Positions 20,257 to 30,748 are shown, numbered from the stretch's first letter. The stretch: 64,000 nt of DNA from Candidatus Marinacidobacterales bacterium (GCA_965237955.1 OZ250169.1:7008001-7072000), one strand, 5' to 3'. The notes: generated by a model not told the origin, from the letters alone. Made by a program: numbers and translations.

Positions 20257-21513
20257 TCAACTCGTTCCTTCGGTGGCGTGGAGGCGGAAGCGGACTTTGT
20301 TGATCCTTTGGCCGTCGGCGTCGACGACCTCGATGCGAATGCCGGCGTGCTCGATGACTTCGCCGGTCCGCGGGATGCGGCCGATGGCGTCGAGGATGTA
20401 ACCGGAGACGGTTTCGAATCCCGAGCCGTTGACTTCGAGGTGCAGCTGGTCTCGAACGTTATCGATGTCGGCGCGCCCGCTCACGAGGAAGACGTCGTCC
20501 CTTTCCTTGATGATCTCCTCGTCGACGATGTCGAACTCGTCATGAATCTCTCCAACGATCTCCTCGAGAATATCTTCGACGGTGACGAGCCCCGAGATCC
20601 CGCCGTACTCGTCGACGACCATCGCGAACGTCTGGTTGCTCTTCTGGAACTCCCGCAACAGCTCAGCGACCTTCTTGGTCTCCGGGACGAAGCGAACTTC
20701 GCGGATCAGCGGCTTGATCGCGAAGTCGGGATTCGCTTCGGTGAAAGCGATGAGATCGATCGCGTACACGAGGCCTTCGATATGATCCAAATCGCCGCGA
20801 TAGGCGGGAACCCGGCCGTGTTTCTCCTGGATGAAGAGCTCGCGCACCTCGGCGAACGTCGCGTCGTGCCGAATCGCCACCATCTCGGGCCGCGGGGTCA
20901 TCACCTCTCGTACGACCGTGTCGCCGAGGTCGACGATGGATTGCACCATACGCCCCTCGTCGCCTTCGAGAATGCCCTCTTCCTCACCCGCTTCGATGAA
21001 CGCCTGCACGTCCTGCTCGGTCACGTCCTCTTCGTCCTCGGTCTCCTCCACGAAGACGCCGACGAACCACGCGAGCGGACGGCTGATCGGTGTGACGAGC
21101 TTCGCGTAGACGCGGTACGCGGGGAGGAGCGTCAACAGCACTCGTTCCGGATTATTGCGCGCGATGATGTTGGGGGCGGCTTCCCGGAACACCAGAAACG
21201 CGCCGAGCATCGTGAAGAACGCGAACGCCATCAGCAGCGCCAGCGGCTGGGGCATTCCCGAGGTGATGAACAGCATCGTGACCAGCACCGTGGTCGCGGT
21301 GAAAGCACCCTGCAGTCCGATACGAAGCGGCAGGAGAAAACTCATCGGGTCTTCGAGCGAGGTCGTCAGGTACTCGGTCTTCCAGCTTTCCTCCCGGTAA
21401 GTCCGGATCGAAATCTTGGAGAAGTAGTCGAACGCGACGTCGATGAGCGCGAGCACGAACGCGACCATCAACAACACGGCGATGCCGACGAAAGCCAGCC
21501 ACGTTGGTATCAC
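20257..21513 (-). CDS. Hemolysin/CorC-family transporter (CNNM TM domain, CBS pair, CorC_HlyC)
   Basis: VREVMTPR, VVDEYGGISGLVTVEDILEEIVGEIHDE. Confidence 0.93.
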   Translation of the reverse strand: MIPTWLAFVGIAVLLMVAFVLALIDVAFDYFSKISIRTYREESWKTEYLTTSLEDPMSFLLPLRIGLQGAFTATTVLVTMLFITSGMPQPLALLMAFAFFTMLGAFLVFREAAPNIIARNNPERVLLTLLPAYRVYAKLVTPISRPLAWFVGVFVEETEDEEDVTEQDVQAFIEAGEEEGILEGDEGRMVQSIVDLGDTVVREVMTPRPEMVAIRHDATFAEVRELFIQEKHGRVPAYRGDLDHIEGLVYAIDLIAFTEANPDFAIKPLIREVRFVPETKKVAELLREFQKSNQTFAMVVDEYGGISGLVTVEDILEEIVGEIHDEFDIVDEEIIKERDDVFLVSGRADIDNVRDQLHLEVNGSGFETVSGYILDAIGRIPRTGEVIEHAGIRIEVVDADGQRINKVRFRLHATEGTS

Positions 21514-21971
21514 GCCGTCACCGCCCGCGGAGTCGTGATGGCGAAGCGTCGTCGCAATCGATACTCGATGCGCCGCATCTCGCCTTCGTCCGTCTCATGG
21601 CAGTAGCCCAGCAAGTGCAAGAACCCATGGAGGCTGAGCAGCTTGAGCTCGCGCTTCAGATTACTGCCGCGTCTTCTTGCCTGCCGGTTGGCAGTGTCCA
21701 CCGATACGACGATGTCCCCGAGATAGTCGGGGTCATCCTCGTATCGGGCGGCCGCAAACGACAAGACATCGGTGGGTTTGTCGTAGCCACGAAAATCGCG
21801 ATTGAGCTTCTGGATGCGAGCATCGCCGACGAGTGCGAGCGTCGCCGACGCTTCGGGGGCGCGGAGCGTCACCGCCACTTCTCTCAGGAACCGCTCGAGC
21901 ACACGGCTGTCGACTTTGTGTCGCCGCTGTAGATTTAGGACGATGAGACTTTGGTCAGGGTCCTCGTTCAT
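21510..21971 (-). CDS. ybeY: rRNA maturation endoribonuclease YbeY
   Basis: LNRDFRGYDKPTDVLSF, LGDIVVS, HGFLHLLGYCH; real start ATG 21971 (the track's 576-aa ORF is an upstream shadow extension). Confidence 0.95.
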   Translation of the reverse strand: MNEDPDQSLIVLNLQRRHKVDSRVLERFLREVAVTLRAPEASATLALVGDARIQKLNRDFRGYDKPTDVLSFAAARYEDDPDYLGDIVVSVDTANRQARRRGSNLKRELKLLSLHGFLHLLGYCHETDEGEMRRIEYRLRRRFAITTPRAVTA

Positions 21972-24331
21972 CGACTGTCCTGAACCACCACCGGCTCGAT
22001 CTGCTTCTCGAAATCGAAGCCGGGATAGCTCACTCGTTGATGGTGAATACCCATGAGAGCTCTCAGAAAGCTTTGGGCAATCTTCTCTAGGTCTCGAAGG
22101 GTGAGATCGCATTCGTTGAGCTGACCATCCAGGAAGATGTAGTCGATGATCTGACGGATCATCCCCTTGAGTCGCGCGGGGCTCGGCTCGTCGAGCGTCC
22201 GCGACGCTGCCTCGACCGCATCGGCAATCATGATGATACCGGCTTCTTTGGTCTGGGGCTTCGGGCCGGGATAACGAAACTCTTCCTCGGTGACTTCTCC
22301 CAAAGCCAGATCTTGATGCTCTTTTGCCTTCTGGTAGAAGTAGGTGATGAGCTTCGTTCCGTGATGCTGCGGAATGACGTCGACGATCTCTTGGGGAAGG
22401 TCGATTTCTTTCCCCATCTCGATGCCCTCTTTCACGTGGCTCGCGATGATGAGAGCACTCATCCGCGGCGACAGATTGTCGTGTTTGTTGCCACCGATCT
22501 GGTTTTCCACGAAGTAGTTCACTTTGGTGAGCTTCCCGATGTCGTGGTACATCGCGGCGGTGCGGCAAAAGACCGCGTTCGCGCCGATGGCTTCGGCAGC
22601 GGCCTCGGAAAGCGAGCCGACGACCACGCTGTGGTGATAGGTGCCCGGAGCCTCGAGTGCGAGCTGTCTCAAAACGGGAACATTGTTGTTCACGAGCTCG
22701 AGCAAGCGGATATCGGTGGTGCGGTGAAAAAGAGCCTCCAACGCAGGGAGCAGAAACGAAACGACGATCGAAACGCTTGCACCGCCGAGAAATGCGCACA
22801 ACAAATCGAACGAGAACGTGCTCGGCGGAAAGTAACGCCCGGCGAGAAGATCGATCGCGAGGACGGTCACGAAATTCACGCTCCCGACGAGAAGCCCGAG
22901 TGCGAAAAGCGCAGTACGCCGTTTGTACTGAAACAAGCCCAAAATTGCCGCCAGGCACGAAAGCAAACAGAACACCGCGAGCTGCAGGTTGCCGGTCATC
23001 ACGCCGAGCGCGATGGCAAAGAGCGCCGATGCCAGGAGCGCTGTCGGCGTGTGCTCGAGCAGCAGGATCAGCACCGCCACACCGGCGAACGGGACGGCAT
23101 AGAAATAGGAGGTCGTGTTGCTGAACGGGGCGGCGACGAGTTGCTCGGAGAACACGCGCGCCACGAAAAACGCCACGCGGGCCAACGCGAGGTGACCAAC
23201 GATGACGATGCCAACCATCGCGAACGATTGACGCCGCCACGCTTCACTCGTGCGCGATGGCCTCAACAGATACCACTGAATCAACAACAAGACGCCGGCG
23301 AGCAACAACGCTCCTATTGCACCGGCCAAACCCCAGCGTTGATCTTGCTCCGATGCGAGGATTTGCAGCTGGCGCAATCCGTTCTCATCGATCTCGTCGC
23401 CGGCGCGAACGATGGTCTTGCCGCGCTGGACTTGATAGTACACAGCATCGACGCTACGTCGCGCTTCGGCTCGCTCCCGTTTGGTCCCGGCGAAATCGAA
23501 GGTGAGCGTCGGCTCGACGAACCGCGCCCCGATACTCGCGAGCTTGCGGCGCTCGGCCTGCCTCAAGTCCGAGAGGCTCGCCATGTGCACGACGAGGAGC
23601 TCTTGTGCCTCGCCCGTCGTGAGAATGTTCGAGTAATCACGCCGTAGTTGGGTCGACTTGCTGATCGCTTCACGCCGACTGATGGCGCGCCCCGACGCGA
23701 GGAGCCTTTCTTTGCTGGTAACGATGTCGCGGGACAAGACACTCGTGACCGCGCGGGTCAACACTTGCTCCACGTCCGTCGAGAATTCCTGCTCGAGCAA
23801 CAGGTCGAGCTCTTCGTCGCGGAGCGTTACCTCGAGACGGTCCTGGAGATCGGAGAGAAGCTCTTCGCGTGGAAGCACGAGCTCCGGCGGAGTGTCCTCG
23901 CCTGCTTCGGCGGCTTCGGCTCCGGTAACATCAGTGATACCCAGCGCCTCGCGGCCGAGCTCGAACGCAGACGCAACGCGGTTGCGCGCGTCGGCCATCG
24001 CCGCATCGTTGAACACGAAAATCTCGGGCACCGCATCCGCGGCCTCTTCGCGGCGAGCCTCGGTCGTAACTTCATCCTCGTAGCTGAAGTCGAAGGGTGC
24101 CCGCACGGTGACCGGGGAGATGTCCCCGAGCTCGAACTCCTGGACACGAATGCTGAGACCGGGTGTCAGGAGCGCCGTCAGGCATACGAGGAACAGAATG
24201 ACCCAGGGCCAAACCGAGGAGTACGCCAAGTCGAACAGGTCCCGCATGCGGAACCTGCGGAGGCCGCGGCGGGACTTCTCCTTTTTCGGTTTAGGAGAGC
24301 TTTCGTCGTCCGTTAAGGGCATTAAAGTCAT
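21968..24331 (-). CDS. 7TM-HD phosphohydrolase (PgpH-like)
   Basis: Extracellular domain, 7 TM, EAPGTYHHS, YHDIGK, QHHGT, ADAVEAASR. Confidence 0.93.
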   Translation of the reverse strand: MTLMPLTDDESSPKPKKEKSRRGLRRFRMRDLFDLAYSSVWPWVILFLVCLTALLTPGLSIRVQEFELGDISPVTVRAPFDFSYEDEVTTEARREEAADAVPEIFVFNDAAMADARNRVASAFELGREALGITDVTGAEAAEAGEDTPPELVLPREELLSDLQDRLEVTLRDEELDLLLEQEFSTDVEQVLTRAVTSVLSRDIVTSKERLLASGRAISRREAISKSTQLRRDYSNILTTGEAQELLVVHMASLSDLRQAERRKLASIGARFVEPTLTFDFAGTKRERAEARRSVDAVYYQVQRGKTIVRAGDEIDENGLRQLQILASEQDQRWGLAGAIGALLLAGVLLLIQWYLLRPSRTSEAWRRQSFAMVGIVIVGHLALARVAFFVARVFSEQLVAAPFSNTTSYFYAVPFAGVAVLILLLEHTPTALLASALFAIALGVMTGNLQLAVFCLLSCLAAILGLFQYKRRTALFALGLLVGSVNFVTVLAIDLLAGRYFPPSTFSFDLLCAFLGGASVSIVVSFLLPALEALFHRTTDIRLLELVNNNVPVLRQLALEAPGTYHHSVVVGSLSEAAAEAIGANAVFCRTAAMYHDIGKLTKVNYFVENQIGGNKHDNLSPRMSALIIASHVKEGIEMGKEIDLPQEIVDVIPQHHGTKLITYFYQKAKEHQDLALGEVTEEEFRYPGPKPQTKEAGIIMIADAVEAASRTLDEPSPARLKGMIRQIIDYIFLDGQLNECDLTLRDLEKIAQSFLRALMGIHHQRVSYPGFDFEKQIEPVVVQDSR

Positions 24332-25306
24332 CTAAGACTCGTCCGCGACTGCGACAGGACGAGTCTTCCGCTTGCCTCGATCATACGCCCGGATGATGGA
24401 TTGTACGAGCGGATGCCGGACCACATCCTGTGCGTCGAAGTGAACGAAGCCGATGCCGCTGATGCCCTGGAGGATTTCCGTGGATTCGACGAGGCCACTG
24501 GTCTTGCCGGACGGCAGGTCGATTTGGGTCACGTCGCCGGTCACGACCGCCTTGGAGCCGAACCCGATGCGGGTCAGGAACATCTTCATTTGCTCGGACG
24601 TCGTGTTCTGAGCCTCGTCGAGGATGATAAAGCTCCCGTTCAACGTGCGCCCACGCATGAAGCCGATGGGTGCGATCTCGATGGCGCCGCGCTCGATCAA
24701 ACGCGCCACTTTCGCGGCATCCATGACGTCGTAGAGCGCGTCGTAGAGTGGCCGCAGATAGGGGTTGATTTTTTCCTGAAGGTCTCCGGGTAGAAAACCG
24801 AGCTTTTCGCCCGCTTCGACCGCGGGCCGCGCCAAGATGATGCGATTGACGTCCTTCTGGTTGAACGCGGCAACGGCCATCGCCACAGCGAGATAGGTCT
24901 TGCCCGTACCCGCCGGACCGATCCCGAGCACGATGTCGTTCTCGTCCATCGCTTTCAGGTACGCGCGCTGGTGCAAGCTCCGCGGCATGACCTTTTTGTT
25001 CTTGGAGGGATACAGGACCGCGTGCACGAAGTAGTCCTTCAAGGACACGTTCGGATCTTGCCGGATCAGCCGAAGCGCGATGCGCAGATCGCCCGCGGTA
25101 AGGCGATGACCGTCCGCTGCAAGCCCCGAGAGTTGCTGGAAGATGTTCTCGAGTTTTTCGACTTGCTCCGCGGCTCCCTCGACGAGGAGCTCTTCCCCGC
25201 GGCTTACGATCTGGACACCGAGAGTCTTCTCGAGGGATTTCAGGTTCTCGTCATGGACACCGAATAGAGCGAGAGCGCCTTGTTCCGGAACCGAAATCTT
25301 CTTCAT
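24332..25306 (-). CDS. phoH: PhoH family protein
   Basis: GPAGTGKTYLA, RPAVEAGEKLGFLPGD, MRGRTL, LDEAQN. Confidence 0.96.
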   Translation of the reverse strand: MKKISVPEQGALALFGVHDENLKSLEKTLGVQIVSRGEELLVEGAAEQVEKLENIFQQLSGLAADGHRLTAGDLRIALRLIRQDPNVSLKDYFVHAVLYPSKNKKVMPRSLHQRAYLKAMDENDIVLGIGPAGTGKTYLAVAMAVAAFNQKDVNRIILARPAVEAGEKLGFLPGDLQEKINPYLRPLYDALYDVMDAAKVARLIERGAIEIAPIGFMRGRTLNGSFIILDEAQNTTSEQMKMFLTRIGFGSKAVVTGDVTQIDLPSGKTSGLVESTEILQGISGIGFVHFDAQDVVRHPLVQSIIRAYDRGKRKTRPVAVADES

Positions 25307-25462
25307 GTAACGGAAGTACCTGCCTCCACAATTCTGATCATGAGGGAATGCGACAACGCAAAAGCGTCAGGTTTCTTGTTCAATTATCGAGTGGGGATGA
25401 TGACGGTTGGCATGGGACGGCACCGCGAAGTCGGTTGCCGAAGAAGCTGCATACTCGAGTCG

Positions 25463-25491
25463 AAAGTAGCACAGCACTTACATGCCGTCAA
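25463..25491 (-). promoter_or_regulatory. Sigma70 promoter upstream of phoH
   Basis: TTGACG-17-TACTTT with a TG extension. Confidence 0.55.
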
Positions 25492-25500
25492 ACCGGCTGC

Positions 25501-27267
25501 CTAGGTCTTCTTAATATTGATGCCCAGCTCGTCTAGCTGCTCTTGGGCGACTTTGGAGGGGGAGCCGGTCATCATATCGAAGGCAGAGGTCGTCTTGGGG
25601 AACGCGATCACGTCCCTCAAGCTCGTGCCGCCGGCGGCCAGCATGGCGATGCGGTCGAATCCGAGCGCGATCCCGCCGTGGGGTGGGGTGCCGTATTGGA
25701 GCGCCTCGAGGAAGAAGCCGAATTTCTCCTGGGCTTCCTCGTCGCTCAGGCTCAAGGCGCGAAACACCCGCTCCTGAGTTTTGGAGTTGTGGATCCGGAT
25801 GCTTCCACCACCCAGCTCGTGCCCGTTGGCAACGCAGTCGTAGGCGAGAGCGCGTACCTTGCCCGGGTGGGACTCCAAAACGTCGATATCGTCGGGATGG
25901 GGCGACGTAAACGGGTGGTGCATGGAATACCAGCGCCCGTCCCCTTCGTGGTACTTCAACAGGGGGAATTCGGTCACCCAGACGAACTTCCAGTCGCCTT
26001 GCTGGATCCACCCTTCTCGCTTCGCGAGCTGCACGCGAAGACCGCCGAGAACTGCGGCGACGAGCCGGCGCTCGCCGGCGACGACGAGCAAGAGATCACC
26101 CAAACCGCCGCCGGTCGCTTCGAACGCCTTGCTCAGCCTGTCTTCGCCGACGTGACGCGCGAGCGGTGATTTGAGCTCGGCGTCCGTCCAGCGCGCCCAA
26201 CCGAGTCCTTTGGCCCCGAGCTCCTTCGCCGCCGCCTCGAGATTATCGAGGTCTTTGCGCGAATACTTGGCACAGCCTTCGGCGGCCACGGCACGCACCA
26301 CCCCACCTGCTTCGAGAACGGACTCGAAAATCCCGTATCCCGAGCCTTGCATCACGTCGGAAACGTCGGCAATCTCGCAGCCAAACCGCAGATCGGGTTT
26401 GTCCGAACCGTAGCGATCGATCGCCTCGCGGTAGCTGAGTCGGGGAAAGGGCGTTTCGAGCTCGTCGCCGATCGTTTTCAACATCGCGGCGAATAGGCCT
26501 TCGACGAGTCCGTACACATCGTCGGGCTCGACGAATGACATCTCGATATCGATCTGGGTGAACTCGGGCTGACGGTCGGCACGGATGTCTTCGTCGCGGA
26601 AGCACCGGACGATTTGGAAATACCGCTCCATTCCGGCGATCATCAAAAGCTGTTTGAAGATTTGGGGCGATTGCGGCAACGCGTAGAAAGCGCCTTTGTG
26701 CACGCGGCTCGGCACCAGATAGTCACGTGCGCCTTCCGGCGTCGACTTCGTCAAGTAGGGTGTCTCGATCTCGTAAAAACCCTGCTCGGCGAGATAGTTT
26801 CTTCCCGCGGCCGCGAGCTTGCTGCGGCGCTCGAGATTGCGCCGCATCACGCCACGTCTCAAGTCGAGATAGCGGTAACGAAGCCGCAAGTCTTCACTGG
26901 TCTTGAGATCGTCGTCGATGGCAAACGGCGGCGTCTTCGCTTCCGACAACACTTCGAACGCGTCCGCCCGAACTTCAATCGCGCCGGTGGCGATCTTGGG
27001 GTTGACGGTGTCATCGGAGCGACGGAGTACTTCGCCTCGTACGGCGACGACCCACTCTGAGCTCACTCGCTTGGCGAGCTCGATCACCTCGGTGCTCGCC
27101 TGGACTCCGATGAGTAGTTGCGTCACTCCCTCGCGGTCGCGAAGCTCGATGAACGTGATGCCGCCGAGATCGCGGACGACGTCGACCCAGCCCATGAGCG
27201 TGACCGTGCTCCCGACGGCGTCCGGGCCGAGCTCACCGCAAGTATGGGTTCGTCGCCAAGAGGTCAC
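25501..27267 (-). CDS. aspS: Aspartate--tRNA ligase
   Basis: RTHTCGEL, LPQSPQIFKQ, FRDEDIRADRQPEFTQ, PPHGGIALGFDR. Confidence 0.98.
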   Translation of the reverse strand: MTSWRRTHTCGELGPDAVGSTVTLMGWVDVVRDLGGITFIELRDREGVTQLLIGVQASTEVIELAKRVSSEWVVAVRGEVLRRSDDTVNPKIATGAIEVRADAFEVLSEAKTPPFAIDDDLKTSEDLRLRYRYLDLRRGVMRRNLERRSKLAAAGRNYLAEQGFYEIETPYLTKSTPEGARDYLVPSRVHKGAFYALPQSPQIFKQLLMIAGMERYFQIVRCFRDEDIRADRQPEFTQIDIEMSFVEPDDVYGLVEGLFAAMLKTIGDELETPFPRLSYREAIDRYGSDKPDLRFGCEIADVSDVMQGSGYGIFESVLEAGGVVRAVAAEGCAKYSRKDLDNLEAAAKELGAKGLGWARWTDAELKSPLARHVGEDRLSKAFEATGGGLGDLLLVVAGERRLVAAVLGGLRVQLAKREGWIQQGDWKFVWVTEFPLLKYHEGDGRWYSMHHPFTSPHPDDIDVLESHPGKVRALAYDCVANGHELGGGSIRIHNSKTQERVFRALSLSDEEAQEKFGFFLEALQYGTPPHGGIALGFDRIAMLAAGGTSLRDVIAFPKTTSAFDMMTGSPSKVAQEQLDELGINIKKT

Positions 27268-27809
27268 GTTGGCCTCCTGTGATTACTTGGAAATAAGAAA
27301 TCATGATTCAAATAGTCATCCTTCAGTGCGCAATACGTCTCTGCCGAAAAGGCCAGATGTGCGAGCTCTTCGCCGGTCAAATCGCGGACCACGCGCGCCG
27401 GGACCCCACGGGCCAGCTTGCGCGACGGCACGACGGTGCCGGGGCTCACGAGAGAGCCCGCGGCGACGAACGCCTGTTCTTCCACCAAGACGTCGTCGAG
27501 GACGATAGCACCCATCCCGATGAGAGAGCCCGACTTCACGTGACACCCGTGCAGAATAGCGCGATGGCCTATGGTGACGCCGTCGTCGAGCACGGTGGGG
27601 CCGCCGCCGTGGTTGACGTGGATGACCGTCAGATCCTGAACGTTGGTGCGCTCGCCGATTCTGATGTGGTGGACATCGCCACGGATCACCGAGCCAAACC
27701 AGATGCTCGAGTGGGCGCCGATGACGACGTCGCCGAGGACGTGCACCCCTTCGGCGATGTATGCGGTTTCGTGGATTTTCGGAGTTTTGTCGAGGTAGCT
27801 CCGGATCAA
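27264..27809 (-). CDS. Gamma carbonic anhydrase family protein
   Basis: Hexapeptide repeats; RGDVHHIRIGERTNVQD..H, TIGHRAILHGC. Confidence 0.92.
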   Translation of the reverse strand: MIRSYLDKTPKIHETAYIAEGVHVLGDVVIGAHSSIWFGSVIRGDVHHIRIGERTNVQDLTVIHVNHGGGPTVLDDGVTIGHRAILHGCHVKSGSLIGMGAIVLDDVLVEEQAFVAAGSLVSPGTVVPSRKLARGVPARVVRDLTGEELAHLAFSAETYCALKDDYLNHDFLFPSNHRRPT

Positions 27810-28693
27810 GACGGGTCGTCCCCAAGCTCCGTCAACCACACGAGATCGCGGGCGAAATCGTAAGTCATGGAAATGGTGCGCAGCACGTCGGAGCCGATGA
27901 CCCCCGCGGGATTGCCGTCGTAGGGTAGCGCGTGCATGTTGGCAAGCAACATCGGCATCTGCTCACGTCGAAATCCACCAATCTCGACGACGGCGATATC
28001 GGTCTGCGGGTCTTTCTTGTTCGCCAACTTGGTGTCGACTGCCCACTTGCGATCCAGGACCGAACCCGACGTGCCCGGATCGAGCACGAAAGTCGCGTCC
28101 TCGTACCCACCTTCTTTTTCGAGCCGTACCGGGACGTAGATGAACCGCCCTTCAGTCGTGTAGGTCACGCCGCCTTCGGGCACGTCGTTCTCGGGCGACG
28201 GCTCGATCAACAGCAGCTGGCGCGGGTAGTGGATCGTAAGTCTCAGCGGCTCGAGAATGTCGCGGCCGATGCGGCCGTAGCTGCGCAGCCCGCCCGAGCC
28301 GGTGCCGTCTTCGCCGTCGATGAGAAGCGTTCTCACGAGCTCGAACTTCGCTTTGCCGATCTCGAGCGTCTGCACGTACGAGACGGGGACCAATTCTTCC
28401 TTGCCGTAGAAGTCGATCTCTTGCACTTCGCCGCGGCTGACGAGCTTCATCCCCGCCCCGTCCACGAGCATTGAATCGAGGAGCAAGTCCTGGAACCCGA
28501 CGTCGACCACGAGCCGATGCCCGCCCATGCCGTTGACTTTGCCGCGCACGATCGGGAGTGCCGACGATTCGATGAGCTCGAACTTGACCCATTCTTGCGC
28601 GGGAAGCTCCGCACCGGACACGAGCATCGCCCCAAGAAGGACCACCACTTTCGGCAGCTTCACGAGATTTCGCTTCATTTCGTCTTGCGTCAC
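27806..28693 (-). CDS. Secreted protein with two retropepsin-like aspartyl protease domains
   Basis: Signal peptide; LVVDVG..GRIGRDIL and FVLDPGTSGS..GVIGSDVL. Confidence 0.7.
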   Translation of the reverse strand: MTQDEMKRNLVKLPKVVVLLGAMLVSGAELPAQEWVKFELIESSALPIVRGKVNGMGGHRLVVDVGFQDLLLDSMLVDGAGMKLVSRGEVQEIDFYGKEELVPVSYVQTLEIGKAKFELVRTLLIDGEDGTGSGGLRSYGRIGRDILEPLRLTIHYPRQLLLIEPSPENDVPEGGVTYTTEGRFIYVPVRLEKEGGYEDATFVLDPGTSGSVLDRKWAVDTKLANKKDPQTDIAVVEIGGFRREQMPMLLANMHALPYDGNPAGVIGSDVLRTISMTYDFARDLVWLTELGDDPS

Positions 28694-28748
28694 GAGACGA
28701 TAGCAGATTTGATGAGCGTTTGCTCGCCGTTTCGGAGAATAATGGCGC

Positions 28749-30368
28749 GTGGCTCACGCTGTCCGGTGGAAGGACGTCCTCCTCGCTACCGCGGTATTCT
28801 CGCTCGCGAGCCTGGTGTACACGTTCCCCCTCATCACCGCTCCAGCTCACGCGAATCGACTCGACAGCCCCGATGCACTCCTCAACGCCTGGATCATCTC
28901 GTGGGACGTCCATCAGTTACGAGCCGACCCGCTTCACCTCTTCGACGCCAACATCTTCTTTCCTGAAAAAGGCACACTCGCGTATTCCGAGAACTTGGTG
29001 ACGGGCGCGCTCATCGCCGCGCCGGTGGCCGCGTTCAGCGACAACCCCATCGTGGCCTTCAACACCGTGCTGTTGTTCGCGTTCGTGCTCACCGGCGTCG
29101 CAACCTTCGTCCTCGCCTACGACCTCACCGGCGACCGTCTGGCCTCGATACTCGCCGGCGTTCTGTTTGCTTTCGCACCCTACCGGTTCGCACACATTCC
29201 CCATCTGCAACTTCAGCTCGCGTTTGGCATTCCGTTGAGTCTGCTCTTTATTCGCCGGCTCGTCATGAATACGGCGAGTACGTTGACTACGTCGGGAACG
29301 TCGGCGGGATACGCAGCGGTCGGCTTCGCGCTCTCTGCAGCGCTGACGTTTGGCTCGAGCGTGTACTACGCGGTTTTCGTCGCGAGCGTCGCGCCGCTCG
29401 TCGCGCTCACCGAGATCTATTGGCTCCCTCGGCGCCGGCGTCTGGCTGCGATCGGGCGGCTTTTCCTCGCCGGCATCGGCGCTATCGTCCTGACGTTGCC
29501 GCTCGCACTTCCCTATCTCGACAAGCTCCAAGGCGGCACGGTGCGCTCCCTGGAAGCCGCTTCGAGTTTTTCCGCCGGCGTTACCGAATATGTCTCGAGC
29601 TTCTCCCGAGTCCACGCCTTTCTACCCAAGGCGGCCGAGCCTCTGTTTCCCGGGTTCGTTGCTCTGGGGCTTGCGGCAGCGGCGCTCATCGGCGTCTCCC
29701 GTGAGGGGACGAGGAAGCGGTGTTGGGCTCTAATAGGCATCATCGGCGTTGTGCTCTCGGCAGGACCGGCGCTTGGCCTGTTCTCGTTTCTGTATCACAT
29801 CGCGGGGCCGTACCGTGCTCTCCGCGTGCCCTCGCGGGCGGGAGTCCTCCTGTTGCTCGCGGTTGCGGTGCTCGCCGCTCTCGGGCTGACGCTCGTTCGC
29901 AAGAAAGCTTTTCGATGGGCGCTCGTCGCGATCGCGGCCGTCGAGTGTATGGCCGCGCCACTCCCGCTTCGGCTCGATGTCCCGACCTATCCGCCGATCT
30001 ATATGGATGTCGAAGCTCTGGCCGGGCCCGGTGCTCTCGTCGAGCTTCCGCTCCCACCGCCCGAGCGATTCCAGGACAACGCGCTTTTCGTCTATCGATC
30101 GATCTACCACCGCCGGGAGCTCGTAAACGGCTACAGTGGCTTCGTACCCCGGAGCTACCGGCGCGCGCATCGCCTGCTCATGCGACGCAATTTCACGCGG
30201 GGTCTAGAATCGATGTGGCAAGACGGGGTGCGGTTCGTCCTCGTTCACGAAGGCAGACTCGGACCGCGCATGCTCCGACAGATCCAACAAGCGCGGGATT
30301 CCGGAGCTCTGGTGATGGTGTCGGAGAGCGCGCCGGATCGTCTCTACGCTATCGCGGCTTTGCGATAA
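28749..30368 (+). CDS. Polytopic membrane protein, probable GT-C glycosyltransferase (YfhO-like)
   Basis: D.LLNAW..W, FDANIFFP..TLAYSE, FAFAPYRFAH, LVNGYSGF; many TM segments. Confidence 0.8.
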   Translation: MAHAVRWKDVLLATAVFSLASLVYTFPLITAPAHANRLDSPDALLNAWIISWDVHQLRADPLHLFDANIFFPEKGTLAYSENLVTGALIAAPVAAFSDNPIVAFNTVLLFAFVLTGVATFVLAYDLTGDRLASILAGVLFAFAPYRFAHIPHLQLQLAFGIPLSLLFIRRLVMNTASTLTTSGTSAGYAAVGFALSAALTFGSSVYYAVFVASVAPLVALTEIYWLPRRRRLAAIGRLFLAGIGAIVLTLPLALPYLDKLQGGTVRSLEAASSFSAGVTEYVSSFSRVHAFLPKAAEPLFPGFVALGLAAAALIGVSREGTRKRCWALIGIIGVVLSAGPALGLFSFLYHIAGPYRALRVPSRAGVLLLLAVAVLAALGLTLVRKKAFRWALVAIAAVECMAAPLPLRLDVPTYPPIYMDVEALAGPGALVELPLPPPERFQDNALFVYRSIYHRRELVNGYSGFVPRSYRRAHRLLMRRNFTRGLESMWQDGVRFVLVHEGRLGPRMLRQIQQARDSGALVMVSESAPDRLYAIAALR

Positions 30369-30371
30369 CGG

Positions 30372-30584
30372 CTACTGCTCGAGCAGAGAGTCGGGCTCGA
30401 GGAGCCAGCCATAGTCGTGCAGGCGCTGGGTGCGGGGCTCGCCGAGCGGTGGCTCGTCGCTGTGCTCTTTGAGGATTGCGGGACCGGGAACGAGCCAGCT
30501 GTTCACCAGGTATTCCCAATAGGCCAACCGTTGCCCGTACTCTTCCGCTTCGGACCACTCTGCTCTGGGGATTGCTTCTGCCAC
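30372..30584 (-). CDS. Small acidic, Trp-rich protein of unknown function (70 aa)
   Basis: GTG start with GGAGG 5 nt upstream, directly behind a consensus sigma54 promoter. Confidence 0.65.
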   Translation of the reverse strand: MAEAIPRAEWSEAEEYGQRLAYWEYLVNSWLVPGPAILKEHSDEPPLGEPRTQRLHDYGWLLEPDSLLEQ

Positions 30585-30615
30585 GGTAACCTCCAGGACT
30601 CGCTACCTTGGGAGC

Positions 30616-30632
30616 ATGCAACCCACATGCCA
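30616..30632 (-). promoter_or_regulatory. Sigma54 (-24/-12) promoter
   Basis: TGGCATGTGGGTTGCAT, with exact GG-N10-GC spacing. Confidence 0.75.
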
Positions 30633-30748
30633 CAACCAGACGGGCACATGCGTCGGTATTTCTTGCTTGTTTTCATAGACTTAGAAGTCCTGTGGAAAAA
30701 CTCCCTCGCCTCGGCGTGGTAATTAACCTACGAAGGTGACTACGGTTG

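Noticed and set aside
19981-21606. Long antisense or overlapping ORFs (also 40457-42016, 22313-23647, 37606-38763, 46486-47655, 51028-52092)
   Set aside because: Shadow frames of well-supported genes in high-GC DNA, with no recognisable motifs.
21972-23240. Apparent 576-aa YbeY fusion
   Set aside because: The upstream part is an alternative frame of the 7TM-HD gene; YbeY starts at 21971.
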